Part shown: positions 47,264 to 55,569 of the stretch, in pieces
Position numbering within the stretch: the first letter of the stretch is position 1
How the letters are laid out: each line of letters opens with the position of its first letter
Assembly: GCA_965248355.1 (NCBI GenBank)
Contig: OZ252098.1
Span: 1,440,001 to 1,504,000, forward strand
Reading direction: 5' to 3'
DNA length: 64,000 bases
Origin: Candidatus Latescibacterota bacterium
GTDB lineage: Bacteria > Latescibacterota > UBA2968 > UBA8231
The notes under the pieces: model-generated
Database searches by the model: none
The model's input: the letters and a program-made list of their open reading frames with translations, nothing else
What the model was told of the DNA's origin: nothing
Program-made: the position numbers and the translations under genes

Positions 47264-48661
47264 CTACTCCCGGTCCACCACGGGAGCGCGCCGGAAGGCC
47301 CACAGACAGAGGAGGAAGGCGGCGGCGGTCTCCACCAGCAGGATGGAGATGGGCAGGTAGCTGCCGGCCACGGCGCTGGCGAGGGAGACCCGCACCCCGC
47401 CGAAGCGGGGGATGTCCCGGTGGTCGAGGGGCTGCCGGGAGACGTAGTCGGGCAGGAACAGGATGTGGGGCGAGTCCCGGTCGGCGGCGTCGAGATCCCG
47501 GACGTAGCCGCGCAGGCCCCGGAGGTACTCCTGGGCCGCCTTGACGAAGGCCTTGTAGCGCACCAGGCCGGTGCCGAGCAGGGCCTCGGCCGTGCCCTGG
47601 AAGGCGTAGCCCGGCGAGATCAGGGACAACCCCCGGGTGACCTCGAACTGGCGGACCTCGCGCAGGCGGGCCTCCTCGTAGAGCTGGCGCTGCTCCTTCT
47701 CGGCCTCGTTGAGGCGCCGGGCCACCTCGCGCTCCACGGCGTAGCCGTCGGCGGCCCCCTCCTCGCGCCCCCTCGGGGTCAGGCCCTCCAGGGACAGGTT
47801 GTCGCGGACTCCGTCCATGTAGTCCCACACCTGGGACCAGTTGGGCGCCGAGACGGCGCGGGCACCCGCGAGATAGGCGGCCTGGGGGATGACCACCACC
47901 AGGGCCGCCCAGATCACCATGAGCGTCACCAGGGCGGAGGCCGAAGAGCGGGCCCGGGCCGAGACGGCCATGGCCAGCAGCAGGAAGAAGGTGGCGTAGC
48001 AGAGGGTGCCCAGGAGGAACAGGGCCAGGGGGGCCAGGAGTTGGAGACTGAGCTGCAGGCCGCCCTGCAGCGCCAGGATGACGAGGCTCATGGCCGCGCT
48101 CACGAGCACGGCGGCCAGCAGCGCGCCGAGGTGGGCGCCGAGCTTGGCGGCGAGGATGCGGGCCCGGGAGATCGGGTGGGTGAGCAGCATGGCCAAGGTG
48201 CCCCGCTCGCGTTCGCCGGAGAGGGTGTCGTAGGCCAGGGCGATGGCCAGGAAGGAGACGGCGATGCGCACGATCAGGGCCCAGTCGACGATCTCGAAGC
48301 GGTCCATCCAGTGGTTGACGGCCACGACACGCCCGGTGACGGCGAGCCCCTGCCCGGAGGCGGCGTTGAGGTAGATCGTGTCGGAGCTCCAGTCCTGCCC
48401 GCCCTCCACCATGAAGCCGGTCTCCAGGGGCCGCATGTGGACGCGGTAGCCGGTGCCCAGCAGACCGCCCGGATCGGAGACCCCGTCGAAGCGGCTGGCG
48501 CTCTCGGCCTCGACGCGGCCGACCTCGTCGACCAGGCGCTCGGCCTTCCAGCCGTAGACCAGGCCGTTGGCGGCGAAGAAGGCGACGAGCAGCACCAAGC
48601 TGAGCTGGAAGCGCAGCGACTTGAGGTGGTCGTGGAGCTGGTGGAGGAAGATCTCGAGCAT
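47264..48661 (-). CDS. ABC-2 type permease with large periplasmic segment
   Basis: AYDTLSGERERGTL.ML..PISR.....AK; about 6 TM helices. Confidence 0.85.
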   Translation of the reverse strand: MLEIFLHQLHDHLKSLRFQLSLVLLVAFFAANGLVYGWKAERLVDEVGRVEAESASRFDGVSDPGGLLGTGYRVHMRPLETGFMVEGGQDWSSDTIYLNAASGQGLAVTGRVVAVNHWMDRFEIVDWALIVRIAVSFLAIALAYDTLSGERERGTLAMLLTHPISRARILAAKLGAHLGALLAAVLVSAAMSLVILALQGGLQLSLQLLAPLALFLLGTLCYATFFLLLAMAVSARARSSASALVTLMVIWAALVVVIPQAAYLAGARAVSAPNWSQVWDYMDGVRDNLSLEGLTPRGREEGAADGYAVEREVARRLNEAEKEQRQLYEEARLREVRQFEVTRGLSLISPGYAFQGTAEALLGTGLVRYKAFVKAAQEYLRGLRGYVRDLDAADRDSPHILFLPDYVSRQPLDHRDIPRFGGVRVSLASAVAGSYLPISILLVETAAAFLLCLWAFRRAPVVDRE

Positions 48662-48668
48662 GGAACCC

Positions 48669-50228
48669 TCAGCTCGGGTCGTAGCGGAGGAAGCGGAAGA
48701 CGGCGAGCATCACCGCGGCCGCCGTGGTCAGCACCATCACCAGCAGGCCCGGGACCATGTGCCGCAGCGTCGCGGACAGCGGCTCCCGCCAGCCCGGGTC
48801 GAAGGCCGGCAGGTCGGACAGGTCGAGGCCGCGTCCCTGGCGGGCGGCCAGGGCCTCCTGCTGCCTGACCCAGGCCATGCGCTCCTTCATGTAGGGGCTG
48901 TCGGCGGCCAGCTCCGCCGGCGTCAGGGCCTCCGGGTCGGGCAGCAGGGGCTCCTGCTCCGGCGGATCGTCGCTGAACCAGCGGCGGCTCGAGAACGCCT
49001 CCCGCCCGCGCAGGAAGTCGATGAAGGTGGTCCGGTAGCGGTAGCCGGCCTCGCGCAGACGGAACTTGTGGGCCAGCGTCGTGCGGGCCAGCTGCTTGGT
49101 GAGGGTCTGGTAGTTGGTGAAGGGCGAGAGGATCGACCAGTCGTCGACCAGGGTCGCCTCGCGCGCCAGGGGGGCGTAGTTGGCCTGCTGGAGCTGGTTG
49201 ATCCGGCGCGAGGCGTCGAGGTGCTGCTCCAGGGCCCGGGCGTTGCGGCGCTGCCGCCAGGCGTAGCCCCGCGGATGGCCGTAGCGGCTGCGGGCGCCGG
49301 TGCTGATGTCGCGCAGGAAGACGTCGGGCGGAGGCGGGTTCTTGGTCTCCCACTCCTCCATCTCGCGCTGGACCTCGGCCCTCACCTGGCGGTTCTGGTT
49401 GAGGAAGTCCTGGAAGGTGTGCTCCTGCACGCCGTAGCGGCTGAGGGCCGGCAGCACGTTGCCGTAGCCGAGGTTGAGGGTCAGCCAGCCGAACAGGCAC
49501 AGCATGAGCGACGTGGCCGAGCCGCGCACGAAGGCGGAGACGGCCAGGCTCATGGCGAAGACCTGCACCAGGAAGAGGCAGCTGACGCCGAAGAGCAGGG
49601 CCAGCCGCGCCCACTCGGGCCCGGAGAAGGCCACGTCCGGGTTGAAGGAGAGGATGAGCAGGGAGAAGAGGAAGGCCGCGGCCATGGCCGCGCACAGGGA
49701 CAGGGAGCCGCCCAGCAGCTTGCCGCCGACCACGGCGCCGCGGGAGACGGGGTTGGCCAGCATCAGGCGCAGGGTGCCCCGCTCGCGGTCGCCGCAGATG
49801 GCGTCGAACCCCAGGATGACGGCCATGAAGCTCAGGAGCAGCCGCACGACGGTGGCGAAGTCGATCTCGACGAAGCGCTTCATGAGCCGGTTGTCGGCGC
49901 TGCCGAGGCGGCCCAGGCTGGCGCTGATCCAGCTCACCTGGATGCTCAGGCGCTGGCCGGCGCCCTTGTCGACGCCGCGGCTGAAGATCGACAGCGGCTC
50001 GGGCGGGCCGACGACGTGGGGCCGGACCTCGGCGTAGATCGTCGCCTCCTCGAGCTGTTGCCCGACCCGCCGCACCTCCTCCTTGTAGTCCGTCACCCGC
50101 TGCGAGAAGTCGAGACTGCCGGCCAGGGCCGCCAGTCCGCAGAGCAGCACCGCGAAGACCAGGACCAGCCCCAGGCGCGCGGTGAGCAGGTTGGTGAGCA
50201 GCTCTTTGCGGGTCAGGGCGAGGAGCAT
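48669..50228 (-). CDS. ABC-2 type permease with large periplasmic segment
   Basis: RKELL, GFDAICGDRERGTLRLMLANPVSR, C-terminal FLRYD. Confidence 0.85.
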   Translation of the reverse strand: MLLALTRKELLTNLLTARLGLVLVFAVLLCGLAALAGSLDFSQRVTDYKEEVRRVGQQLEEATIYAEVRPHVVGPPEPLSIFSRGVDKGAGQRLSIQVSWISASLGRLGSADNRLMKRFVEIDFATVVRLLLSFMAVILGFDAICGDRERGTLRLMLANPVSRGAVVGGKLLGGSLSLCAAMAAAFLFSLLILSFNPDVAFSGPEWARLALLFGVSCLFLVQVFAMSLAVSAFVRGSATSLMLCLFGWLTLNLGYGNVLPALSRYGVQEHTFQDFLNQNRQVRAEVQREMEEWETKNPPPPDVFLRDISTGARSRYGHPRGYAWRQRRNARALEQHLDASRRINQLQQANYAPLAREATLVDDWSILSPFTNYQTLTKQLARTTLAHKFRLREAGYRYRTTFIDFLRGREAFSSRRWFSDDPPEQEPLLPDPEALTPAELAADSPYMKERMAWVRQQEALAARQGRGLDLSDLPAFDPGWREPLSATLRHMVPGLLVMVLTTAAAVMLAVFRFLRYDPS

Positions 50229-50505
50229 GAATCCAGGATCGAGGGCCAGGGGAACAGTGTCAACAGAGGGGCGGGCGGAACGACCGGGCGCCCGCGTGCG
50301 CATGTGCGCATGGCGGAACAGGGGGCATACGGGTGCCGCTACTGCGCGGGGCACATGAGCGGAACAGCGGGGAGACGACCTCGCTACGGTACGGAGCGGG
50401 GCGCGCGAGGTTCGGAACCCGCGAGTCCGACGAGGGCCCGCCGGCGTCTGTCCCTCGGGCTGGACGGGCGCGACCAAGTCGGAGGAGGTCGGAGCCGGAC
50501 GATGC

Positions 50506-51429
50506 TCAGCCCGCCGCCCGGAAGCGCTCGTAGCGCCGGGCCAGCCGCTTCGGGTCGGGTCGCAGGTCCTCGGGCCGCGGCAGCTGGATGCGCTGTCCGT
50601 GCAGGCCCTGGAGCCCGTGGCGCAGCATGGGGCCGTCGGACTCGCCGCGGATGTCGCCTCGCACCTCGACCCGGTAGTCGGCGGTGATGCCGACGAAGTG
50701 CCGGTCGAAGGCGGCGTGGTGCAGCTTGCACAGGGCGAGGCCGTTGCTGACCACCGGCTCGCCGCCGGGCTGCCGGTCGGGGATGATGTGGGCGGCGTCG
50801 AGCAGCTCCTCGTGGCGCAGCCGGCAGAGGCTGCACTGGCCCCGGTAGGCGCGCAGCACGCGCTGCCGGAAGCCCTGCTGGTGCAGCCGCTGCTGGAACT
50901 CCCGGGTCACCCAGACCCGCCGTCCCTCGTCTTGGGCGGTATCCTCGCTCAAGCCCTCGCCGATCCGCTCAGTCAAGCCGATTCCCAGCGAGTCGGCGGC
51001 ATCCACGGCCACGTGGAAGGTCAAATCGGCGGGGTTGGCGTGGACGATGAAGACCGGCCAGGCGGCCACGTACCTCCCCTTCACGATGCCGTGGAAGTAG
51101 ACCCGTGGCACCCGCTCGACCATGGCCTGGCGAAGCCCCTCGTTGTCGCGATGGGCCGGGTCGGTGCCGCGGTACCTGTAGCGTAGCAGGTCCCCGGAGA
51201 AGGAGTCGTCGTACGGCCCCGACGGCGCCGTGGTGATGGACAGGGGCAGGCTCAGGTCCCGGGGCTTGAAGATGCCCTGGGGCCCCAGCAGATGGATCCG
51301 CCGGCCGTCGCACTCGAACCCCCGGGCGAGAAGCTGGCGCGGCAGCACGTCGCCGTGGAGCTCGACCTGCTCCGCGAGCCAGTCGAAGGCCTGTCGGCGG
51401 ATGCGCGTGTCCAGGGTGTCGGTGGCCAT
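50506..51429 (-). CDS. HNH endonuclease with SRA-like N-terminal domain (putative modification-dependent restriction enzyme)
   Basis: FRQRVLRAY..CSLC, DAAHII, NGLALCKLHHAAFD. N-terminal GIFKP...GPYDD..D.LRYRYRG......N..L. Confidence 0.8.
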   Translation of the reverse strand: MATDTLDTRIRRQAFDWLAEQVELHGDVLPRQLLARGFECDGRRIHLLGPQGIFKPRDLSLPLSITTAPSGPYDDSFSGDLLRYRYRGTDPAHRDNEGLRQAMVERVPRVYFHGIVKGRYVAAWPVFIVHANPADLTFHVAVDAADSLGIGLTERIGEGLSEDTAQDEGRRVWVTREFQQRLHQQGFRQRVLRAYRGQCSLCRLRHEELLDAAHIIPDRQPGGEPVVSNGLALCKLHHAAFDRHFVGITADYRVEVRGDIRGESDGPMLRHGLQGLHGQRIQLPRPEDLRPDPKRLARRYERFRAAG

Positions 51430-51458
51430 GGCCGACGCTGCGGCTTCCCTGCGCGCCC

Positions 51459-52565
51459 TCAGTCCACCCGGTTCGCCTCGATGTAGTCCCAGTCGTAGGC
51501 GATGCCCAGCCCCGGCTCCTGCGATACGTGGACGAACCCTTCGTCGTCCATGGGGTCGGCCAGGGCCGTCAGGTGGGGCGGGACCCACTCGTAGTCGATC
51601 TCGGCGCGCAGGAGACCGCGCTCGTAGTAGCGGCAGGTGGCCTGGGGCGCCGCCGCGGCCAGGTGGAGATGCGGGGCGCCGACGAAGTGCAGCTCGCACT
51701 GGGCGCCGTAGAGCTGACAGAGGTTGATCAGCTTCCAGCATCCGGTGATGCCGCCGTAGTTGACGTCGATGCGCACCATGTCGCAGGCGCGCTGCAGCAG
51801 CCACTCCGCCCGGGCGAAGGGGCCGCCGCCGACGTGCTCGGGCGAGCAGATGGCGATCCGGGTCTGCTCCGTCAGCTTCCGGTAGGCCTCCACCCGGGTC
51901 TCCACCATGGGGTGCTCGAGCCAGTAGAAGTCGAGGTCCTCCAGCTCCCGCGCGACCCACAGGGACTCCTCGAGGGTGTAGACCCCGAAGGGATCGAGCA
52001 TCAGGGTGATGTCGTCCCCCACGGCCTCGCGAACGGCGCGGCAGATCTCCACGTCCTCCTTGGGAAAGCCCGGCAGCTGGCGAACCGACTGGCGGGTGTG
52101 GGGGTTTCGGAAGATGTTGGCGTGGATCTTGAAGGCGCGGTAGCCGCGCTCCACGCAGCTGCGCGCGAGGGCCGCGTAGACCTCGGGCTCGCCGAGGTCG
52201 GGAGCGGTGCTGGCGTAGGCCTCGACTTTCTCGCGCGTCCCCCCGAGGAGCTGGTGGACCGGCACGCCGGCGATCTGTCCCTTCAGGTCCCACAGGGCGC
52301 AGTCCACATGCCCCATGTCATGCTCCCCGAGGCCGCGGCTGCTGGTGCACCGCTGGTCCATCCGGTGCCAGATCTTCTCGCTGTTCAGGGGGTTTTCCCC
52401 GACGAGCAGACCCTTGATGAACCCCTCCACTCTGTCTTTTTCTCCGTTCGGGATGTGACCTCTGACTCCTTCGTCGGTCGAGATCCGGATGATCGAGCTG
52501 GTGGTCTCTCCCCGGCCCTGCTTTCTCGTGCGGAACCGAATCACTTCCACGTCGGTGATCTTCAC
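51459..52565 (-). CDS. mandelate racemase-subgroup enolase, downstream copy (lacks a 16-aa N-terminal loop)
   Basis: DCALWDL, FKIH, MLDP, WLEHP, SPEH, ELH, PGLG. AGGAGG RBS. Confidence 0.92.
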   Translation of the reverse strand: MKITDVEVIRFRTRKQGRGETTSSIIRISTDEGVRGHIPNGEKDRVEGFIKGLLVGENPLNSEKIWHRMDQRCTSSRGLGEHDMGHVDCALWDLKGQIAGVPVHQLLGGTREKVEAYASTAPDLGEPEVYAALARSCVERGYRAFKIHANIFRNPHTRQSVRQLPGFPKEDVEICRAVREAVGDDITLMLDPFGVYTLEESLWVARELEDLDFYWLEHPMVETRVEAYRKLTEQTRIAICSPEHVGGGPFARAEWLLQRACDMVRIDVNYGGITGCWKLINLCQLYGAQCELHFVGAPHLHLAAAAPQATCRYYERGLLRAEIDYEWVPPHLTALADPMDDEGFVHVSQEPGLGIAYDWDYIEANRVD

Positions 52566-52655
52566 GGGATCCTCCTGGAATGGTTGCGGACGGCAGGCTC
52601 GTGCCGGATTCCCCGCCCGGCAGGCGCGAGCGGGAAGGATAGTCGGAGGCCGCCG

Positions 52656-53810
52656 TCAGTCCACCCGGTTCGCCTCGATGTAGTCCCAGTCGTAGGCGAT
52701 GCCCAGCCCCGGCTCCTGCGACACGTGGACGAACCCTTCGTCGTCCATGGGATCGGCCAGGGCCGTCAGGTGGGGCGGCACCTCCTCGTAGTCGATCTCG
52801 GCGCGCAGCAGGCCGCGCTCGTAGTAGCGGCAGGTGGCCTGGGGCGCCGCCGCGGCCAGGTGGAGGTGCGGGGCGCCGACGAAGTGCAGCTCGCACTGGG
52901 CGCCGTAGAGCTGGCAGAGGTTGATCAGCTTCCAGCACCCGGTGATGCCGCCGTAGTTGACGTCGATGCGCACCATGTCGCAGGCGCGCTGCAGCAGCCA
53001 CTCGGCCCGGGCGAAGGGGCCGCCGCCGACGTGCTCGGGCGAGCAGATGGCGATCTGCGTCTGCTCCGTCAGCTTCCGGTAGGCCTCCACCCGGGTCTCC
53101 ACCATGGGGTGCTCGAGCCAGTAGAAGTCGAGGTCCTCCAGCTCCCGCGCGACCCACAGGGACTCCTCGAGGGTGTAGACCCCGAAGGGATCGAGCATCA
53201 GGGTGATGTCGTCCCCCACGGCCTCGCGAACGGCGCGGCAGATCTCCACGTCCTCCTTGGGAAAGCCCGGCAGCTGGGGCGCCGGCTCCCGGGTGTGGGG
53301 GTTCCAGAAGATGTTGGCGTGGATCTTGAAGGCGTTGTAGCCGCGCTCCACGCAGCTGCGCGCCAGCGACGCGTAGTCCTCCGGCCCGCCGAGGTTGGGG
53401 GCGGTGCTGGCGTAGGCCTCGACCTTCTCGCGCGTCCCCCCGAGGAGCTGGTAGACCGGGACGCCGGCGATCTGTCCCTTCAGGTCCCACAGGGCGCAGT
53501 CCATCTGCCCCGTCACATGCTCCCCGAGGCCGTGGCTGCGGGTGCATTGCTGGTCCATCCAGTGCCAGATCTTCTCGCTGTTCAGGGGGTCCTCGCCGAC
53601 GAGCAACCCCTTGATGAACCCTTCCAACCTGTGTTTGTCGCCGCCCGGGATGTGTCCCCTGACTCCCTCGTCGGTCGAGATCCGGGTGATCGAGCTGGTG
53701 GTCTCGACCCCGCCGCCTCCCTTCCAGACGCCGTAGCCCCAGCGGGAACCGGTCCCCCGGCCCCGCTTTCTGGTGCGGAAACGAATCACTTCCACGTCGG
53801 TGATCTTCAC
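52656..53810 (-). CDS. mandelate racemase-subgroup enolase, upstream copy
   Basis: Same motifs; nearly identical to 51459..52565. Confidence 0.92.
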   Translation of the reverse strand: MKITDVEVIRFRTRKRGRGTGSRWGYGVWKGGGGVETTSSITRISTDEGVRGHIPGGDKHRLEGFIKGLLVGEDPLNSEKIWHWMDQQCTRSHGLGEHVTGQMDCALWDLKGQIAGVPVYQLLGGTREKVEAYASTAPNLGGPEDYASLARSCVERGYNAFKIHANIFWNPHTREPAPQLPGFPKEDVEICRAVREAVGDDITLMLDPFGVYTLEESLWVARELEDLDFYWLEHPMVETRVEAYRKLTEQTQIAICSPEHVGGGPFARAEWLLQRACDMVRIDVNYGGITGCWKLINLCQLYGAQCELHFVGAPHLHLAAAAPQATCRYYERGLLRAEIDYEEVPPHLTALADPMDDEGFVHVSQEPGLGIAYDWDYIEANRVD

Positions 53811-54023
53811 GGGATCCTCCTGGAATGGCTGCGGATGGCAGGCTGGTGTCAGAGTCGCCTGGTGAGGGCAGGGCGTGAAGGATAGGTCGGAGGCCGCCGT
53901 GCCTGCGAACCCCGCCGGCGAGCCTCGCCGGTCCGGCGGCCCACAGGCGGCACGACCGGCTTCAGGGATCCCGCCGCGCCTCGAGCCGTTGGCGTGCCCT
54001 CGCGGGCTGTCGGCTGGCCAGCC

Positions 54024-55361
54024 TCAGGCGCCGGTCTGCGCCTCCAGGAACTCCCGCGCCGGGAAGGTGGGGGCCGTCCGCGGCGACAGGGCCTCCGGGT
54101 CGGCGACGACGGCCGTGGCCGGCGGCTCGAGGAAGGCCCCGTCGAGCAGGGGATCGCCGGTCTCCCGCTGCCACCGATGCAGGCGGCCCCTCATTTCGGC
54201 CAGCACCTCCCGGTGGGCGGCGTCCCCGGCGACGTTGCGCCGCTCCAGGGGATCGGCGGCCAGGTCGTAGAGCCTCTCGGCGGCCTCCTCGCGCTCACCC
54301 CAGCCGCGGGCCAGCAGGTAGTCCTTGCTGGGGCTGTCGTCGCAGTTGGGCAGGACCGGACGGGCGCGCGGGTGCAGGCGGCGGATGTACTTCCAGCGGC
54401 GGGTGCGCACGGCCCGCTGGGGCTCGTGGCAGACGTGGTAGTTGATCTCGGCGAAGACCTCCTCGCGGACCTGCCGCCGGCCCGCCGCCAGCGGCCGCAG
54501 GGAGACGCCCTGGAGCCAGTCCGGCCGCGGCAGGCCGGCCAGCTCGCAGATCGTCGGGAAGAGGTCGATCTGGCTGACCAGCCCGTCGATGGCCCGCCCG
54601 CCCTCCAGGCCCCCCGGCCCGCGCAGGATCAGCATCACCCCCATGCCGTGGTCGGTGAGGTGGCACTTCATCAGCGGGAAGGCGAGGCCGTGGTCGGTGG
54701 TGCAGATCACCAGCGTCTCCCCGCGCAGGCCGTTGGCGTCCAGGGCGGCCAGGACCCGCCCCATCTGCCGGTCGAGGGTGCGCGCCGCGTCGATGTACGA
54801 GGCCATGTCCCGGCGGATCTCCGGGGCGTCGGGCAGCGGCGCCGGCGGTTGCACGCAGCGCGGGTCGGTGGGCTCCTCGCCCTCCGGCGGCGGGTCGAAC
54901 CCCCGCCCCCGGCGATGGGTGGCGCCGAAGCCCACGTCGAGGAAGAAGGGACGCTCGTGGCGCTCTCCCAGGAAGGCCGCCGCGCGCTCCTCGGTGGGGC
55001 TCCCGTCCTCGAGGATGCGCTCGCAGCCCCCTTCCGCGGGATCGGCGACAACGTGCTGGAGGCCCGCCCGCACCGTCCGGTACCCCGCCCCGGCGAGGAC
55101 CCGCGGCAGCAGGCGCTCGGGGCGGGGCAGGCTCCAGCCCCGATTGACGAGCCCGCCCATGCCGCAGCTGTGGGCCCACTGGCCGGTGAGCAGGCTGGCC
55201 CGGCTCGGGGAGCAGGTCGGGTTGGCGCAGAAGGCCTGGCGGAAGAGCACCCCCTCCCCGGCCAGCCGCTGGATGTGGGGTGTGGGCACGGCGTATCCGT
55301 AGGGAGCGACGTAGCGGCCGGTGTCGTGGGAGTGCAGGTAGAGGAGATGCGGTCTCTTCAT
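54024..55361 (-). CDS. formylglycine-type sulfatase (Cys type; sulfamidase-like)
   Basis: HSHDTG, CSPSRASLLTG, TTDHG, DLFPT, LYDL..DP.E..N. Confidence 0.93.
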   Translation of the reverse strand: MKRPHLLYLHSHDTGRYVAPYGYAVPTPHIQRLAGEGVLFRQAFCANPTCSPSRASLLTGQWAHSCGMGGLVNRGWSLPRPERLLPRVLAGAGYRTVRAGLQHVVADPAEGGCERILEDGSPTEERAAAFLGERHERPFFLDVGFGATHRRGRGFDPPPEGEEPTDPRCVQPPAPLPDAPEIRRDMASYIDAARTLDRQMGRVLAALDANGLRGETLVICTTDHGLAFPLMKCHLTDHGMGVMLILRGPGGLEGGRAIDGLVSQIDLFPTICELAGLPRPDWLQGVSLRPLAAGRRQVREEVFAEINYHVCHEPQRAVRTRRWKYIRRLHPRARPVLPNCDDSPSKDYLLARGWGEREEAAERLYDLAADPLERRNVAGDAAHREVLAEMRGRLHRWQRETGDPLLDGAFLEPPATAVVADPEALSPRTAPTFPAREFLEAQTGA

Positions 55362-55569
55362 CGAATTCGCCTCCTTGCATACGGACCGCGATGCGCCGGC
55401 GCGCGGCGCATCGCGCGGGCACCTGACGGACGCGCGGGACGGGGCTGGAACTCGGGGCGCCCCTGGGTGGCGCCGGTGCCCTTGGGCGCCGGCCGGGGTG
55501 GGCTCCATGCTTGCCCCGGCCATCCCGTGGGTGCCTAAGTTTGGATGCCAACCACTGAAGAACACCTCG

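Larger units (their letters stand above)
51459..53900. repeat. about 1.2-kb tandem duplication (gene plus ~90-bp upstream region)
   Basis: Both units run from tcagtccacccggttcgcc... to ...aggata(g)gtcggaggccgccgt. Junction at 52656. Confidence 0.92.

Noticed and set aside
51459..53900. Near-identical pair considered as a DGR template/variable repeat
   Set aside because: Whole-gene duplication, differences are not adenine-specific, and there is no reverse transcriptase in the window.
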